A DNA stretch of 63,967 nt, counting the filler, from Reclinomonas americana ATCC 50394 (Eukaryota), in the NCBI GenBank assembly GCA_048213135.1. It is 7 parts of 4 records of this genome, joined end to end, with 100 filler letters (N's around TTAATTAATTAA, not from the genome) between each part and the next. Parts side by side here need not be neighbours in the genome. Positions count along the whole stretch, not along the records: positions 41,108 to 51,502 come from PS015523.1; positions 51,603 to 56,517 come from PS015523.1; positions 56,618 to 60,934 come from PS015524.1; 4 more parts are not named here. One strand, 5' to 3'. Of the stretch, positions 43,424 to 57,015 are shown piece after piece. The notes beneath the pieces are model-generated. The model saw only the letters and a program-made list of their open reading frames with translations, was not told the DNA's origin and did no database searches. A program made the translations under genes and the position numbers. The stretch's first letter is position 1. Each line of letters begins with the position of its first letter.

Positions 43424-46400
43424 TCACTGGCGGCCTCCAATGTGGCGGACCTTGGACGGGGGTGCCAGCGTCGCATCGACGGTCAGTGGGAACGCAGCGG
43501 AGAAGAGACGAACGGGCGGGGGTCCGGTGCTGCTGTGTGGCGTTGCGTTCAGATGCGGACTGAGAAGGCGGTACAGGGAGTGGGCGGCAAACCGTTCGGG
43601 ATCGGAGGCTGTAAACTGAGTGGTTCCGGCGGTGGTGACAGTGTGCTGGTCGACGAGGGGAATGCTGGTGGGAATGCGCTGCAGCATCTCCGACAGGTTG
43701 TTGCGCAGGAGTGGCTGCATGTGGTGTGGTGGTGGTGGTGGTGATAAGCGGACCTTGCCAGACGAAGCAGCAGCGAAAGGGGCGTGAGAGTACGCAACAC
43801 GACGCGGCTGCATGGTCACTCGTTCACGGTCAGCAGCAGGAGGTGCATGTGCGACAGGAGTGGTCGTTGTCGTTGTGGTGCTTGCCGAGGATCTCTGGCG
43901 ACTGGGAGTGGCAGCGACGGGCATCCTGCGAGTACTGGAGAGCAGGATCGAGTCAGTGCCTTGGGTATTGCTTGTTGACTCAGTCGCCACTGCCCGCACG
44001 CAACGGCAGCGGAACACTGGCCAGCAGCGCGTCCATACTGTCGTCGAAATCGTCGTGGTATCCGACGGAAGACGGCGGCGGCGGTGGCCGGGGTGGCGGC
44101 AGAGGAGGAGCCGGTGCACGTTGTGTGCGAGGTACTCTGTTCGCCACATGCACTCGTGAGTGTGTGAGACTGTGGACTGACTCGCAAAAGAAAAGTGCGA
44201 CGCAACGGCATTGGGAGAGTCGCCAGCTCCTGGTCGAACGAGTCGTCAATGTCGAACTCGTTGTCTGACTTGCGCAGTGGCAACGTAGCAGTCGACGCGT
44301 ACGCACCCCAAGCATGCACAGGCAATGCCGGCGGTGGTGGTGGAGGGGGCGGAGGAATCGGGAAACTGGAGAGGAACGAGTCCAAGTCGCTGTCCAGTTC
44401 ACTGCTCCCACAAGAGTCAACTCAGTGAGGTATAGCGTGCCGCAGAAAATGTAAGAAGGCCACGCAACAGCTCAGTGGCAAGCGGTGCAACAGTCCTCTC
44501 GCGGAGCATCTGCAGCATGTCACGCTCCTGGCGAGCAGGAATGAGCACAGAATATGCCAAAAGGGAAGGCAGAGACGGAGCACCTTCTTGCTGCTGGAGG
44601 AAGCTGCGGAAGACGATGGTGTCGCCGGCGATGCGGCCTTGGACAGATCCGTTGCACTGCTTGCCGCAGCAGCTGTTGCTGCCTTTTTGCCTGCTCGCGT
44701 CACATGGATTGTGAGATACAATCCTGCTTCGCTTCCCGCCGTTGTCGCTCACAAACCCTTCTTGGCAGCAGCACCCTTGCCCTTGCTCGGCTTTCCCTGC
44801 TCGTCAGTGGAACGCTCCGACAGAGGCAGCGGAACGCGCGGCAGACCCTTGTACACCGAGTCGGCGTCCATACCGACTGCGCAGCAAGCAAGCAAGATTT
44901 TTGTCAACTGACACACCACAGCAGTCTTCACAGTGAGGAGTCACCGACCGTAATCCTCGCTGAGCAGATACGCCGTCACATCTCCGTGCATGCCAAGTGG
45001 AATGTCAATGTTGATGGACACTGGTGAGCTCGACAACGTGCACCTGCAGTCAAAGAATGAGACCACTATTACATCGTCAACAGGGTTGTGAGAGATCACC
45101 GCACCGAAATCGTTCCTCATAAAACAGCTCGCCCAGCTCATCACCAATCAGCAGCACCAGGTTGTGCGTCTGTGCCGGGCCGCTGCTACTGCCACCGCCT
45201 TCACCAGCACCAGCACCGCCAAAGGCACGTGGTGTGAGGCGGGCCACAAACGACAGTTTCTTGGTCGCCGTTGTCGACACGCCGGCACGGTGAAACTGTG
45301 AGCTCGAGCAGCGTGAGTGGGAATGGAGGAGCACTGACATTCATGAATCGACGCAACATCAAGATCGTACACTGGAATGGACGCCACCGTGGCTCGCAGT
45401 TGCGCACCGAACGGCGGGTGGCGATTGCAGACCTGCACGCGCATCAATGAAAACTATACTGCCTCTCTTGATGGAAGCACCTCCACTCACCAATTCAATC
45501 TTGCCAGCCTCCATGTCCAGCAGCTTGTGGAAGGAGGTGACACCGGCGGTCACCAAATTGTTGCCGAGGACGGGACCGATCTTGTCGAGCTGGCGCATGA
45601 CATGCGGACTGTTCTCCCACATACGGGCGGCGACTGCTTTGGATCTGCAACACCCACCAACGCGACACATGAGCCACGGTCGTGCGGCGAAGGATCAACG
45701 GGGGTAATCCACGCAACAGCAGCACGGCGTTGCGAATGTCGAGAAAGCGGCGCTTCGACGACATTACCGCCGCCAGCAGTCGGCAAATGCGAGGAGCTGA
45801 CGCAAAGAACAATGAGAAACAAGACGTGAGCACATGGACACGCGCACGCATAGATGACAACGCACCCCCGGTGAAAATGTACGTCACATCCTGCCGCAGA
45901 GACCAGTCGTCGACCGCCAAGCCTGCCAGCGTGGCCTTGTGGACGTAGATGATAAGGCTTTTCTTCACCGAGGAAGACAAGCACTGACACATAACAAACC
46001 TGCACGAGCACGCTGACCTTGTCCTCGGTGGTCTTGATGCGACCATCGACAGGGAAGCGCAGCTTGTGCTCCTTGGAGGAGTTCAGCGCATTCAGGTGCT
46101 TCTTGTCACCAGTGCGGATCTTGCACGTCTCGCTAAACTCCTCTGCGCGGGCGAGAACCGAGAGAAGGGCATCCAACTGGCCGCCGGGATCGCTTTCTAC
46201 CATGTGCTTGACGGTGCCGAAGCGCACATAGTAGCGCGCCATGGCTCGCCCAATGTCTGCGATCGCGAGTGAGGACTCCGAGACATGCACAACATCACGC
46301 AGCGACATACCAAGTGCCGACACAGTACCCGTATCGGGGTCGATGCGAATGAGGGAATGCGAGGCCAGGTCGTCGAGCACGGTGGTGCACAAGCCTGCAT

Positions 46401-48846
46401 CGGGGGAGAATGAGCTTCGCATGCGCCAGCGACAGAAAAAATTCACCACGAAAACGCACCGCGCAGATACTCGTCCAGCTCTTCGGCGGTGATGGTGGCC
46501 TTCAGCCCGTAATGTACTGGATTGCGACGCATGCGCACGTACAGAAAGGTGGACTTGAGCCAGTCGACGGCCACCCGCGTGGAGGTGATGGTGCCCAGCA
46601 CGATTTCCGAGTTGAGGTGCTCCGGAATCGAGGTGGCCAAGCTGTATAGGCCAGTGAGCAGCGGTGTGGAATGAGCACTGCAACTCCAAGTGCGACGCAA
46701 CTGACTCTCCACTGGATCGGAGCCATGCAGTGCCATTTCCCAGCGCGACTGCTGCGACGATTTGGTCATGATGACTGCCACTCCACGGTCGTCAAACTGC
46801 GGTCGTCCAGCTCTTCCAATCATCTGCAACACCGACATGGGCGACGCCTCCTCGTAGTGGTTGTCCTTGCTGCATGCCGATTCAGGTGACGTCGCAGAAA
46901 TGGAGGAGGAGACGGGGAGCAACTCAACTACACCAGCGTGCCGCGCACAACCACGAGACGGGCTGGCAGATTGACACCCTGGGCACTGCAACGGTGTGAG
47001 GCATTTGAGAGGTTGACAATTCACAAGGAGGGAGGTAGAACGCAACAGTGTGGACGTGGTGCACACAACGCGCACGTCACCACTCATAAAGAGCTCCTCG
47101 ACCAGTCGGCGATCCGGTGGTTCCAATCCGGCGTGATGAAAGGCCACAGCATTCGGCACCGTGTCTGTCGACACTCGCGCTGTCAGCAACAGAAGTGAAG
47201 GAGGATAGTGACATCTCCAACCTTTCAGGACCTTGTCGGAGAGCCGACGACTGGCGGCCATTAGCCTGTCGCACATGCGTGTGAGAAGAAAGTGAACCAC
47301 AGAGATAATACAGGCCGCCACACATACCGCTGCGCTTGCGCCGAGTCGCTGATGAATGGCGACACACGTGAGCGCTCAGCCGCCTGTGCCACGATGCGCT
47401 TCGCGGCATCGCTGGTGCCTCGGCGAGTGCTACAAAACTGCACGCTGTCTTCCTTCAGAGACTGTGACCAGGGACGAGTTCGCGACTACCCAGCAACACG
47501 CAACGACCAGAGTCGGCTTGCCGTCCGAGTACCGCAGAATGCTGTCAAGCAGCTTGTAGTTGAGGTTGCTTTCGAACAAGAAGTCAGTGCGACCCTTCTG
47601 CTCGGCGTAGCCGACAACGTGTGTCTCCAGCTTGCAAGGACGGTAGTCATCACCGAATCTGCGATGCTGGCGAGTGAGTGCACCTGGTCGTCACGAGCCA
47701 GTGCCTTGCACAACACGTACATTTTCACGCCGAGTTGACCAACGCCAAGCCACACGGCCAGATCCTCAATGTTGGGAATGGTGGCAGACACGCTGACAAA
47801 GCGGACACGACAGTCGGCCTCCAGTCGCTGCATCGTTTTCAGTCGGCTAACCACGGCCTCCAGCGTTGCTCCACGATCCTCGTTCAGCAAGTGCACCTTG
47901 CAGCACGACGGTGAGATGCGCACAATGGAAACCCCCACCCAGCGATCCTGCAGACCTCGTCGATCATCACGAGTGCCACACGCTGCAGCAGGCCACGGTT
48001 GTCACGCCAGCGGCGAGTAACGCTATCCCACTTTTCCGGGGTCGTCACAATAATGTCAGCCTCGCGGATCACCGAAAAGTCGCCCTCGGTCGAGTCGCCA
48101 GTCAGCTCACGGCCTGCTCATATCCCCGCCGAGTGAGATACACTTCCTCTCTCTCATGCACACAGAGGCGCAAACCAACGACGCAACAGCACACATCCAG
48201 CGGGGCAAACTTCTCGGTCCAGTCGCGGGCCTTCTCCTGGCACAGCGCCTTGAGCGGCGAAATGTACACCATCTTGCGCTGCGAGTGGGCGCCGCCGCCG
48301 CCGCCGCCACTGCCGCCACCGCAGCCGTTGCCGTGGGCCGCCGCGGCCACCTTTTCCACCTCGCGGACCATGGCCAGCTCAAAGAGCACGGTTTTGCCGC
48401 TGCCTGTTGGTGCACTGATGACCATGTTCTCGTCGCTGTTGTAGACGGTCTGGAAGCACGCGGTCTGCACTCGATTGAAGGTACCGTACGGAAACAGTCG
48501 ACGATAGGGCGCCGTGACGGCCGACGTGGACAGGCAGCCGTGGGTCGGCGGAGCTGCTGCCGCAGGAGGAGGAGGAGGAGGAGCTGGAGGAAGTGCTGGT
48601 GGAGGTGGAGGCGGAAGAACAGCTCGCGGTACCATCGGTCGCTCTGCAGTCCTGGACACGTGCACGGCTGCCTTATCGGCCGCTCCGATGCCATCGGAAA
48701 CTGCGAAAAACAATCATATCACCACCACCCATACAGAGTGTGAGTGCAAGCAAGCAAACAGCTCAGCGCAACTGGCATGCGAGGGCGGTGTTGCCCGAGC
48801 CGGACTCTCGAAACGGGACGACACTGTACATCGCGACATGTTCATG
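43424..48846 (-). CDS. MER3: Meiotic Ski2-like helicase MER3/HFM1, multi-exon; start uncertain
   Basis: FNRVQTACF, VISAPTGSGKTVLFELAM, YISPLKALCQEK, VTTPEKWDSVTRRW, IDEVHLLNEDRGATLEAVVSRLK, VSATIPN, AFHHAGL, QMIGRAGRPQFDDRG, EHLNSEI, Sec63-like region with WENSPHVMRQLDKIG. Single helicase cassette. Confidence 0.85.
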
Positions 48847-50033
48847 TTCGAATTGAAGCACAACACGGTTTCACGCAACCAATGGATCTCTACTGACCAC
48901 TCCAGTCATCCGCGCTGGTCAATGTCGGCCTTTTCACACACACAATGTGAGCAGCGGAGTGCAGACACGCAGTGGAGAGAACGCACTTGACAGGAGGGAC
49001 AACTCGTGATCTGTTTTTTTCACATATGCAGTCAGACAAGCAGACAAGCACATGANNNNNNNNNNNNNNNNNNNNNNNNNNNNNNNNNNNNNNNNNNNNN
49101 NNNNNNNNNNNNNNNNNNNNNNNNNNNNNNNNNNNNNNNNNNNNNNNNNNNNNNNNNNNNNNNNNNNNNNNNNNNNNNNNNNNNNNNNNNNNNNNNNNNN
49201 NNNNNNNNNNNNNNNNNNNNNNNNNNNNNNNNNNNNNNNNNNNNNNNNNNNNNNNNNNNNNNNNNNNNNNNNNNNNNNNNNNNNNNNNNNNNNNNNNNNN
49301 NNNNNNNNNNNNNNNNNNNNNNNNNNNNNNNNNNNNNNNNNNNNNNNNNNNNNNNNNNNNNNNNNNNNNNNNNNNNNNNNNNNNNNNNNNNNNNNNNNNN
49401 NNNNNNNNNNNNNNNNNNNNNNNNNNNNNNNNNNNNNNNNNNNNNNNNNNNNNNNNNNNNNNNNNNNNNNNNNNNNNNNNNNNNNNNNNNNNNNNNNNNN
49501 NNNNNNNNNNNNNNNNNNNNNNNNNNNNNNNNNNNNNNNNNNNNNNNNNNNNNNNNNNNNNNNNNNNNNNNNNNNNNNNNNNNNNNNNNNNNNNNNNNNN
49601 NNNNNNNNNNNNNNNNNNNNNNNNNNNNNNNNNNNNNNNNNNNNNNNNNNNNNNNNNNNNNNNNNNNNNNNNNNNNNNNNNNNNNNNNNNNNNNNNNNNN
49701 NNNNNNNNNNNNNNNNNNNNNNNNNNNNNNNNNNNNNNNNNNNNNNNNNNNNNNNNNNNNNNNNNNNNNNNNNNNNNNNNNNNNNNNNNNNNNNNNNNNN
49801 NNNNNNNNNNNNNNNNNNNNNNNNNGAGAGAGTGAGATAGACACACTCACGGGTTGCTTCCAGTCACCGACCGGCCTTGCAGCATATCCCGAAACGACTT
49901 CATCGACTCCCCTTCTCTCACTCCCACGTTCAAACAATGTAAATCAAGCTACCGTACACCCACGAAACGAGTCTACATAATAACTTGCTTGGTGGCGTTT
50001 TTTACCGCTTAACGAGAGACACAGCAGGGGTGC

Positions 50034-51933
50034 TTAGACCACTGATTGTGCCTTCCAGATCTTCAGCGTACCGTCGCCACTGACACTGGCCATCAGGTTT
50101 CGATGCGGGTGATGAACGACAGCAATCACATCGCGGTCGTGCAACTACATGCAGTATGTGTGTGAGGACATCAACACAGCCTCCCACTTTTGCGGCATAG
50201 CGGGCCTCACCTTCAAGATATGCTCCAACTTGCCCGTGGCAGTGGCGAAGCAGTACAGGATCGAATCCTCGCCGACGCAGTAGATAAAGTCGCCGCGCGG
50301 TGACACCAAACTCTGCGTGAAATCGCCGCCCGACGAACGACCCGAGCTCATGCTCTTCACCACCTTGCCTCTCATGTTCGTCACGTACACGGTACTTGAC
50401 TTGGCGCCCACCAACTGGCACGCAGCGCACAAGTCAGGCAATGCAGAGCGGAGCAGAGATGTGAGCACAAAAAGCAACGAACCAACTGATCAACTTGTTT
50501 CGGCAACGGTAGCACCGAGTGCACCGAGGTCTCCAGTGAACCGGTGACGGGCGAGAACGTGTGCACACAGTCTGCTGTCCGATAGTCCCACACCTTGCAG
50601 GTGCCGTCGCTGCTGGCCGTCACCACGTACTGCCCGTCGACACTGAACACGGCCGAGTTGACGTACGACTTGTGACCGCGGAACTCCTTCAACACCTTGC
50701 CACTCTTCAACCCGTGCAGTCGCACCAGACCGTCGAAACTGGCCGACAGCACGTGCGTGCCGGTGCGATCGAACTTGAGCGAGGTGATGCCTTCGTCGTG
50801 TGCGTGGTCGAATCGTCGCAGACACTGGCCGGTGCGCACCTTCCACACCTGCGGAAAAAGGGAGTGCATTCATCAACATCCAAAGTCTGTATCATCGCCA
50901 AATACGTGCGTGCTCTACGGAATGAAACAGAATTGCGAGGAGAACGAGAATGAGAGAGGAAAGGGAGCGAGAAAACGAAGAGAAGCGAGAGGGGGAGTCC
51001 ACATCCAAGGTCTGTATACTCTTGCGAGCATCTTGACACACGGTCGTGTTCTTCGCTCTTCACACCACGACGACGAAGCGTTGAGTGGAGAGAGATAAAA
51101 AGAGAGAAGAGAAGAGAAGAGAGAGCCCAGAGGAGGAGCACAGTCATCACGTCAAGACGACCACACTCAAGGTCTGTATCTCTGCCGAAAATGTCTCCAG
51201 ACAGGTGCGTGCTCTTCGCTCTTCACACCATGACGACGCAGCGTTGAGGGGACAGAGAGAGAGAGAGAAGAGAAGAGAGAGAGAGAGAACGAAGAGAAGA
51301 CAGAGGAGGAGTGCACAGTCATCACGTGGTGTATTCTCTCGCGAGCATCTTGACACACGCGCGTGCTCTTCGCTCGTCCGACAAGGCCAAACACAGTGAA
51401 CTCAGAGCGAGGACGAAAGAGGAGGACTCACAAATCAAGCAACACAACGACGAGAGGAAAAGAGTCCAATACGAAGTATTCCAGGCCAGATGCAACTGTC
51501 ATNNNNNNNNNNNNNNNNNNNNNNNNNNNNNNNNNNNNNNNNNNNNTTAATTAATTAANNNNNNNNNNNNNNNNNNNNNNNNNNNNNNNNNNNNNNNNNN
51601 NNGAGAGAGGGGAGAGAGAGAAGAAGTGAGTGTGAGTGTGTGTGCAGTGTGTGTGTGTGAGTGAGTGTGTGTGAGTGTGTGAGGGTTAGTTGTCGCCTTA
51701 TCCGTCACCTAACGCGCCTCTTTCTCTCTCTCTTTCTCTTCTCATGTGAGTGTGTGTTACCTGGAGAGTGGCCAGTGTGCGTGCAAGGTTGTTCTCCTTG
51801 CAGAACTGCAGAATGAGGCGGATGACGCTGCACACAGAGAGAGAGAGACAAGGACATGTCACACACTCACACTCACTCACACACACACATGAGACTGCAA
51901 TCGCAACTCTTGCGACTCGACTTCGAGTTCCAT
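50034..51933 (-). CDS. SMU1: WD40 splicing factor SMU1, multi-exon; middle missing at linker
   Basis: [31 protein letters not shown] (LisH start); VWKVRTGQCLRRFDHAH, LHGLKSGKVLKEFRGHKSYVN, SPRGDFIYCVGEDSILYCF, HHPHRNLMAS..DGTLKIWK. Confidence 0.93.
50870..51375. repeat. Degenerate tandem repeats in an SMU1 intron
   Basis: caaggtctgtat...gcgagcatcttgacacacg...cttcgctcttcacacca.gacgacg..gcgttgag recurs near 51006, 51168 and 51340. Confidence 0.7.
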
Positions 51934-52323
51934 CTCTCTTTGGTCTCTCTTTGTGGCCGCGCTTCTGATCAGGGGGGTGGAGGACAAAGTATTATTTCTT
52001 TTGGGACCGGCATTTTTTCTTTTGGCCTGGCATTATAACTTTTCGGCCCCTGCTGCCCAAGCGACCCCAACGCTCGTCCGCATGCGTCTACCACCAGCGC
52101 AGCCTTTGCGACACTTGAAATTTCACATCGTCGACGTCGAAGCCGTATAAATAATTCTAAGGTCGAGTTCCACGCGCGCGCCGCCCCTCTCTATCTAAAA
52201 AGACTAGCACTTCTATGAAAAGTACTAATACTTCTGATCTGTTTGTGTGACTCACGTCATCGTAGACAATAGTAATTGCATTGATTGAAATCAGTTTCTC
52301 GATTGATAACGGTTTTCCAGAGA

Positions 52324-55300
52324 ATGGACGAGTCGAGTGCCGGCGGTAGTGCGATGTTTGTACGCGCACAGACACTGCCGGCGTTGATGAGCAACGCAGG
52401 GAGTGCTGGTGCACACAAGCACGTGACAGCACGTGCACCGCAGCGAGCGATGGTGTCGGTGAGAGCGTTCGCGTCGCAGCTCTTCACGCATGACATGGTT
52501 CGGCGGACAAGTGCACGCAGACCCGTGGCGACTGTGAGTGCGGGTGGGTCGCCGACCAGAGCGCGTGGGCTGCCGCAACCATCGGGGCACTATCGCAGCG
52601 GCAGCGGTGGTGCAGTGGTCGAGTTGAGCCGGGGTGATGGGCGATCGTTGCTGCGAACGGTCGTCCCACCGATGGCGGTGGTCGCATCGACTGGTGCAGC
52701 ACCGACCGAGTTGTTGCAGTCGGCACTCACGGTGTCGCCCATGTACACGGCGACGGTGGATGTGGACGCGGTGTCGAAGAAAATGACGCCGTCGTCTCGA
52801 CCGCCGACAGTGGGAACGATGGAGGTGAGTGCGTGATCGATCGTGAGTGAATGCGAGAGACAGAGAACAACTGATGAGCGACACGTACAACAACAACAGG
52901 GATCACTGAACGCCGCCATCAGCGGTCACACCGAGCCGCCGACATCCGACGAGTGGCGCCAGTGGGCCGACGATCTGATCGGACCACCACTCGTGTTCAG
53001 TCGCGTGCTCCCCGTCGAATCAGACGCCGCCGCAGCGACTCACGCAGTGCGTCGGTCGTCCACGTGCTTGCGTTCGTACGCTTGTCGTTCTTACTCGCTC
53101 TCTCTCGATTGCAGGACGAGGAGGCCGACACGCCGTCGTCGGCAGCGTGCACTCCAATGTCGAGCAGTGCGCCACCAGTCAGCGACACTGCTGATGCTGC
53201 TGCTGCTTCTGATGCTGCTGGTGCTGCTTCCGATACCACCGCCGAGCCGACGCCACGGAGGCAAGCAGCGGCCGCGGTACCGTCGCCTGGCTATGTCACC
53301 AGTCGTCAGCGTTTCCTCATCACAAGGCATCGGCTGGCGTTCAAGTTTGTGCGCTCCGATTGCAGGCTGGTGCGCTCCACACTGGAGGAGCACGGCTTCC
53401 GGGAGACCGACACGGAAAACTGGAACGTGCTGTGGACCACCTCACCCGTGACACCACACATGCTGCTGGGTCTCAACAAGCACCAGCGTGTGAACCACTT
53501 TCCGCGCTCGCAAGAGATCACGCGCAAGGACAAGCTCGTGGAGAACATTCGTCGCATGCAGGAGATTCACGGCAGCCGAGTTGCGTGGCACACCAGCATC
53601 ATCACCGACGCCGACCCGCCACTCACCGTTTGCACGCGTTACAGCACTTTAGCTTCCTGCCCGAGACGTATGTGCTGCCGACCGAGTTCGCCACGTTCAC
53701 TGCCGCCTGCCGAGCACACGGCCGTGGCTTGTGGATCGTCAAGCCGGCTGCGCTGTCACGAGGACGTGGCATTTCACTCATCACAGCCGCGTCGCAAGCA
53801 CCACACGATGAGCCGCATGTCGTGTCGCGCTACATTCACAACCCGCTGCTGATCGATGGCTACAAGTTGCGTGATCAGGAGTCACCCCATTGGAGACCGG
53901 CGCAGCTCACCGTGTGGCACACCAGATTCGATATTCGGATTTATGTGTGTGTCACCTCGTTTCATCCGCTGCGCGTGTACATGTATAGCGACGGCCTGGC
54001 GCGACTAGCCACGGAAAAGTACTCACCCGAAGCCACCACCTCGCACCGCCTGCTGATGCACCTGACCAACTACAGGTTCCTTGACAACTGCAGTCTTTGT
54101 TTGCACTTGTATGCAGCTCACTTCGCAAGCATCTCCCGCACGCGTGCAGTGTGAACAAGAACAGCGTGCACTACCAGCACAACATGGACGGCAGCATCGA
54201 CGACGAAGGCCACAAATGGAGTCTGTCGGCTCTGCGTCGGCATCTGCGACGAGCCTCAATCGACGACGAGAAGCTGATGAGCGGCATCAAGGACATTGTG
54301 CTGAAGACGCTCATCTCGATCGAGTCGTCGGTGTCGGTGGCGCAGGAGATGGGCCAGAGCAAGTCGTCGAGGGACGCGAACAACTGTTTCGAGTTGTTCG
54401 GCTTTGATATTCTGGTCGACGAAACACTGCAGCCGTGGCTCATCGAGGTCAACCTCAGTCCCAGCCTGTCGTGCGACACTCCGCTCGACCAGAAGATCAA
54501 GTCGGCGCTGGTGGCCGGTGAGTCGTGACAGCTGGCAGAAGGAGAAGACAACTGCACTTACACTCAATCTCTCTCTCTCTCTTTGCGCATGCAGACACGC
54601 TGTCGCTCGCCGGCATCAGACCGTTCGACTGGAGGCGAATGAAAGAGGGCACGCTGCACAGTGGGGCCGGCAATCGTGCAGTACCCGTGTCGTCGTACAT
54701 GGCCCGCAAGATGGCGGAAATCAATCGCCTGCTGCAGGCGAGAGGTGTGGACTTAATGCAGCTGGCCGCCGAGGAGCGTGCCGTGCTGCGCGACACCATT
54801 CTGGAGAGCTGGAGGCGCGGAGGCTACGAACGCTTGTACCCGGCAGCCAATGGCCGCTCCTACGACATGTACTTTGAGGCCATTCGCCCGTTGCGTTCAT
54901 TATTCCCGCAAGAGTGTGAGTGTTGATGTGGTCGCTCACTCACTCTTGGAGATGCAGGCTGAATGTGTTGTGCCACACGGTGTTGTTCGAGGCGCGCGAG
55001 ATTCCTGTGCGTCGGCGGTTGCCTAGCGCCGATGGTGGTGCGCCGCGGTTGCGACCATTGTCGTTGTCGGCGCAAGTCAGATCGCTCTCGAGCACGCGAT
55101 CGCTCCAGCAGCACCAGCAGCAACAGCACCAGCACCAACACCAGCAGTATTCACACCTCGAAGGCGACGACGAGGGGGAGGATCGCGAACTGCAGGACGA
55201 TGACATGAGGGACAGCCAGCAGGAGGCCACCGACGACTACTGCGTCGATGTGTCGCGGCAAGCCGTCCTGCACCTGCGACCGCACACGTGCCACGAGGGT

Positions 55301-55714
55301 GGAGCGGGTGCAGTCGCGCGTCGCCGAGCAGCCGCTGCCGCCAACAAGGACGCTTCTGACGACGGAGCACCAACACACCACGCACCACCTCGTGTCACGC
55401 GATCCGCCGGTGGCTCCAAGGAAAACTCACCTCCACGGTCACGAACACCATCACCACCAGCGCCCTCAACAGACACGCCACGCGAGCGTCGCGCAGCACG
55501 TTTCCACTTGCGTCTGAGCGAGCTCGGATCAACCGGCGCCGGCACAACCGCTGTCGACAACCTCGTTCGCCGCCCAGGCACCACCGACACATGCCTGTCC
55601 GCTCGAGAGCGCGCCCGTGCAGCACGACACCATCGCTTATGGGAGCCCACAGCACCTCCTCTGCCACAGATACTGCAAGCGGGCGGAGGAGAAGAAGAAG
55701 GGGAAGTCGAGTGA
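52324..55714 (+). CDS. Tubulin polyglutamylase, TTLL5/TTLL4-like, multi-exon
   Basis: QRVNHFPRSQEITRKDKL, WIVKPAALSRGRGI, SRYIHNPLLIDGYKFDIRIYV, GLARLATEKY, MHLTNYSVNK, CFELFGFDILVDETLQPWLIEVNLSPSLSCDTPLD. Confidence 0.92.
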
Positions 55715-56261
55715 ACTCAAAATCCACTTGTGCTCGCGAAATCAGGTAGTGGCGGGAAGACCGTTGCACCCCCCCCCAAAGAAGCTCTGCGTGAGTGAGA
55801 AGAAAGCGTACACAGCAGAGAGTGTTAGAGTGAGTGTGTTAGAGTGTGTGTGTGTGTGTGTGAAGAAGGAGAAGAATGGAGGAGGAGAGACTGCGTGAGG
55901 AGTGGCGCGCTCGCACAGCAGTGATTACGCGAAAGCAGAGTCAAGAGTACTTGGTTTGGTCGTCGGTGAGTGACACACACACACACACATACACACACTA
56001 ACAGAGAGTGAGCGTGTGAGTGTGTGTGAGAGTCAGCGAGTTGTACATGTCCTCGATCGCTCTCGTTAAGTGAGCGCGCGCGTGTGTGAGACTGTGTGAG
56101 ACAACACTGATCGAAACTTGTGTGTCACAGGCGCTCATTGGAGAGATTCTGGATGGGTTTCTCGGGCCTTCCTCGTCCTCATCACCACCATCAACAGTCA
56201 CATCAACAGTGGTACGCGCAATGACTGACTGACTGACTGAGTGAGTGTGAGAGAGCAACTC

Positions 56262-56363
56262 ATGTCACGTACTCAGCACGACGAGGACGATGACGTGGCA
56301 ACGCCTGTCAAGACTGTGCGATCGGTGAACAAGGAGAACTGTGCCACTCCGGCATCTGCGCAG
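56262..56363 (+). CDS. Possible first exon of an unknown gene
   Basis: ATG..MSRTQHDEDDDVATPVKTVRSVNKENCATPASAQ followed by a gtgcgg donor; the rest would lie beyond the linker. Confidence 0.3.
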
Positions 56364-56413
56364 GTGCGGACTCTGTGTGGGGCTCTGTGCGAGGGAGACA
56401 AGTGGTGCTGAGT

Positions 56414-56517
<104 letters not shown>

Positions 56518-57015
56518 NNNNNNNNNNNNNNNNNNNNNNNNNNNNNNNNNNNNNNNNNNNNTTAATTAATTAANNNNNNNNNNNNNNNNNNNNNNNNNNN
56601 NNNNNNNNNNNNNNNNNAAGGGAAGGGAAGGGAAGGGAAGGGAAGGGAAGGGAAGGGAAGGGAAGGAGAGAGAGGAAGAGATAGGAGGGAAAAGAAGAAA
56701 AGAGGGGAGGAGACAAGACGAGAGGAGAGAAGGGAAGGGAAGGGAACAGAAGAGAAGAGGGAAGGAGAGGAGAGAATACGAGAGGAGAATCGAGGAGGAA
56801 AAGAGAGTGGCAGCAGGAGACAGGGAGAAAAGGCAGGCAAAGTGTGACAGAACAAGAGGGGGGACCAGGGCGAGGCCAGAGGCTGAATCTCTTCTCATTA
56901 GAGAAGGTGAGTGATTTTTCCATGTTTCCAAGTGTGACAGAGATGGTGGGCGAGGGAAAGTGTGACAGAAATTGAAAACGAGAAACAGAGATAAAAGGAC
57001 AGTGTCTGGACTCAC

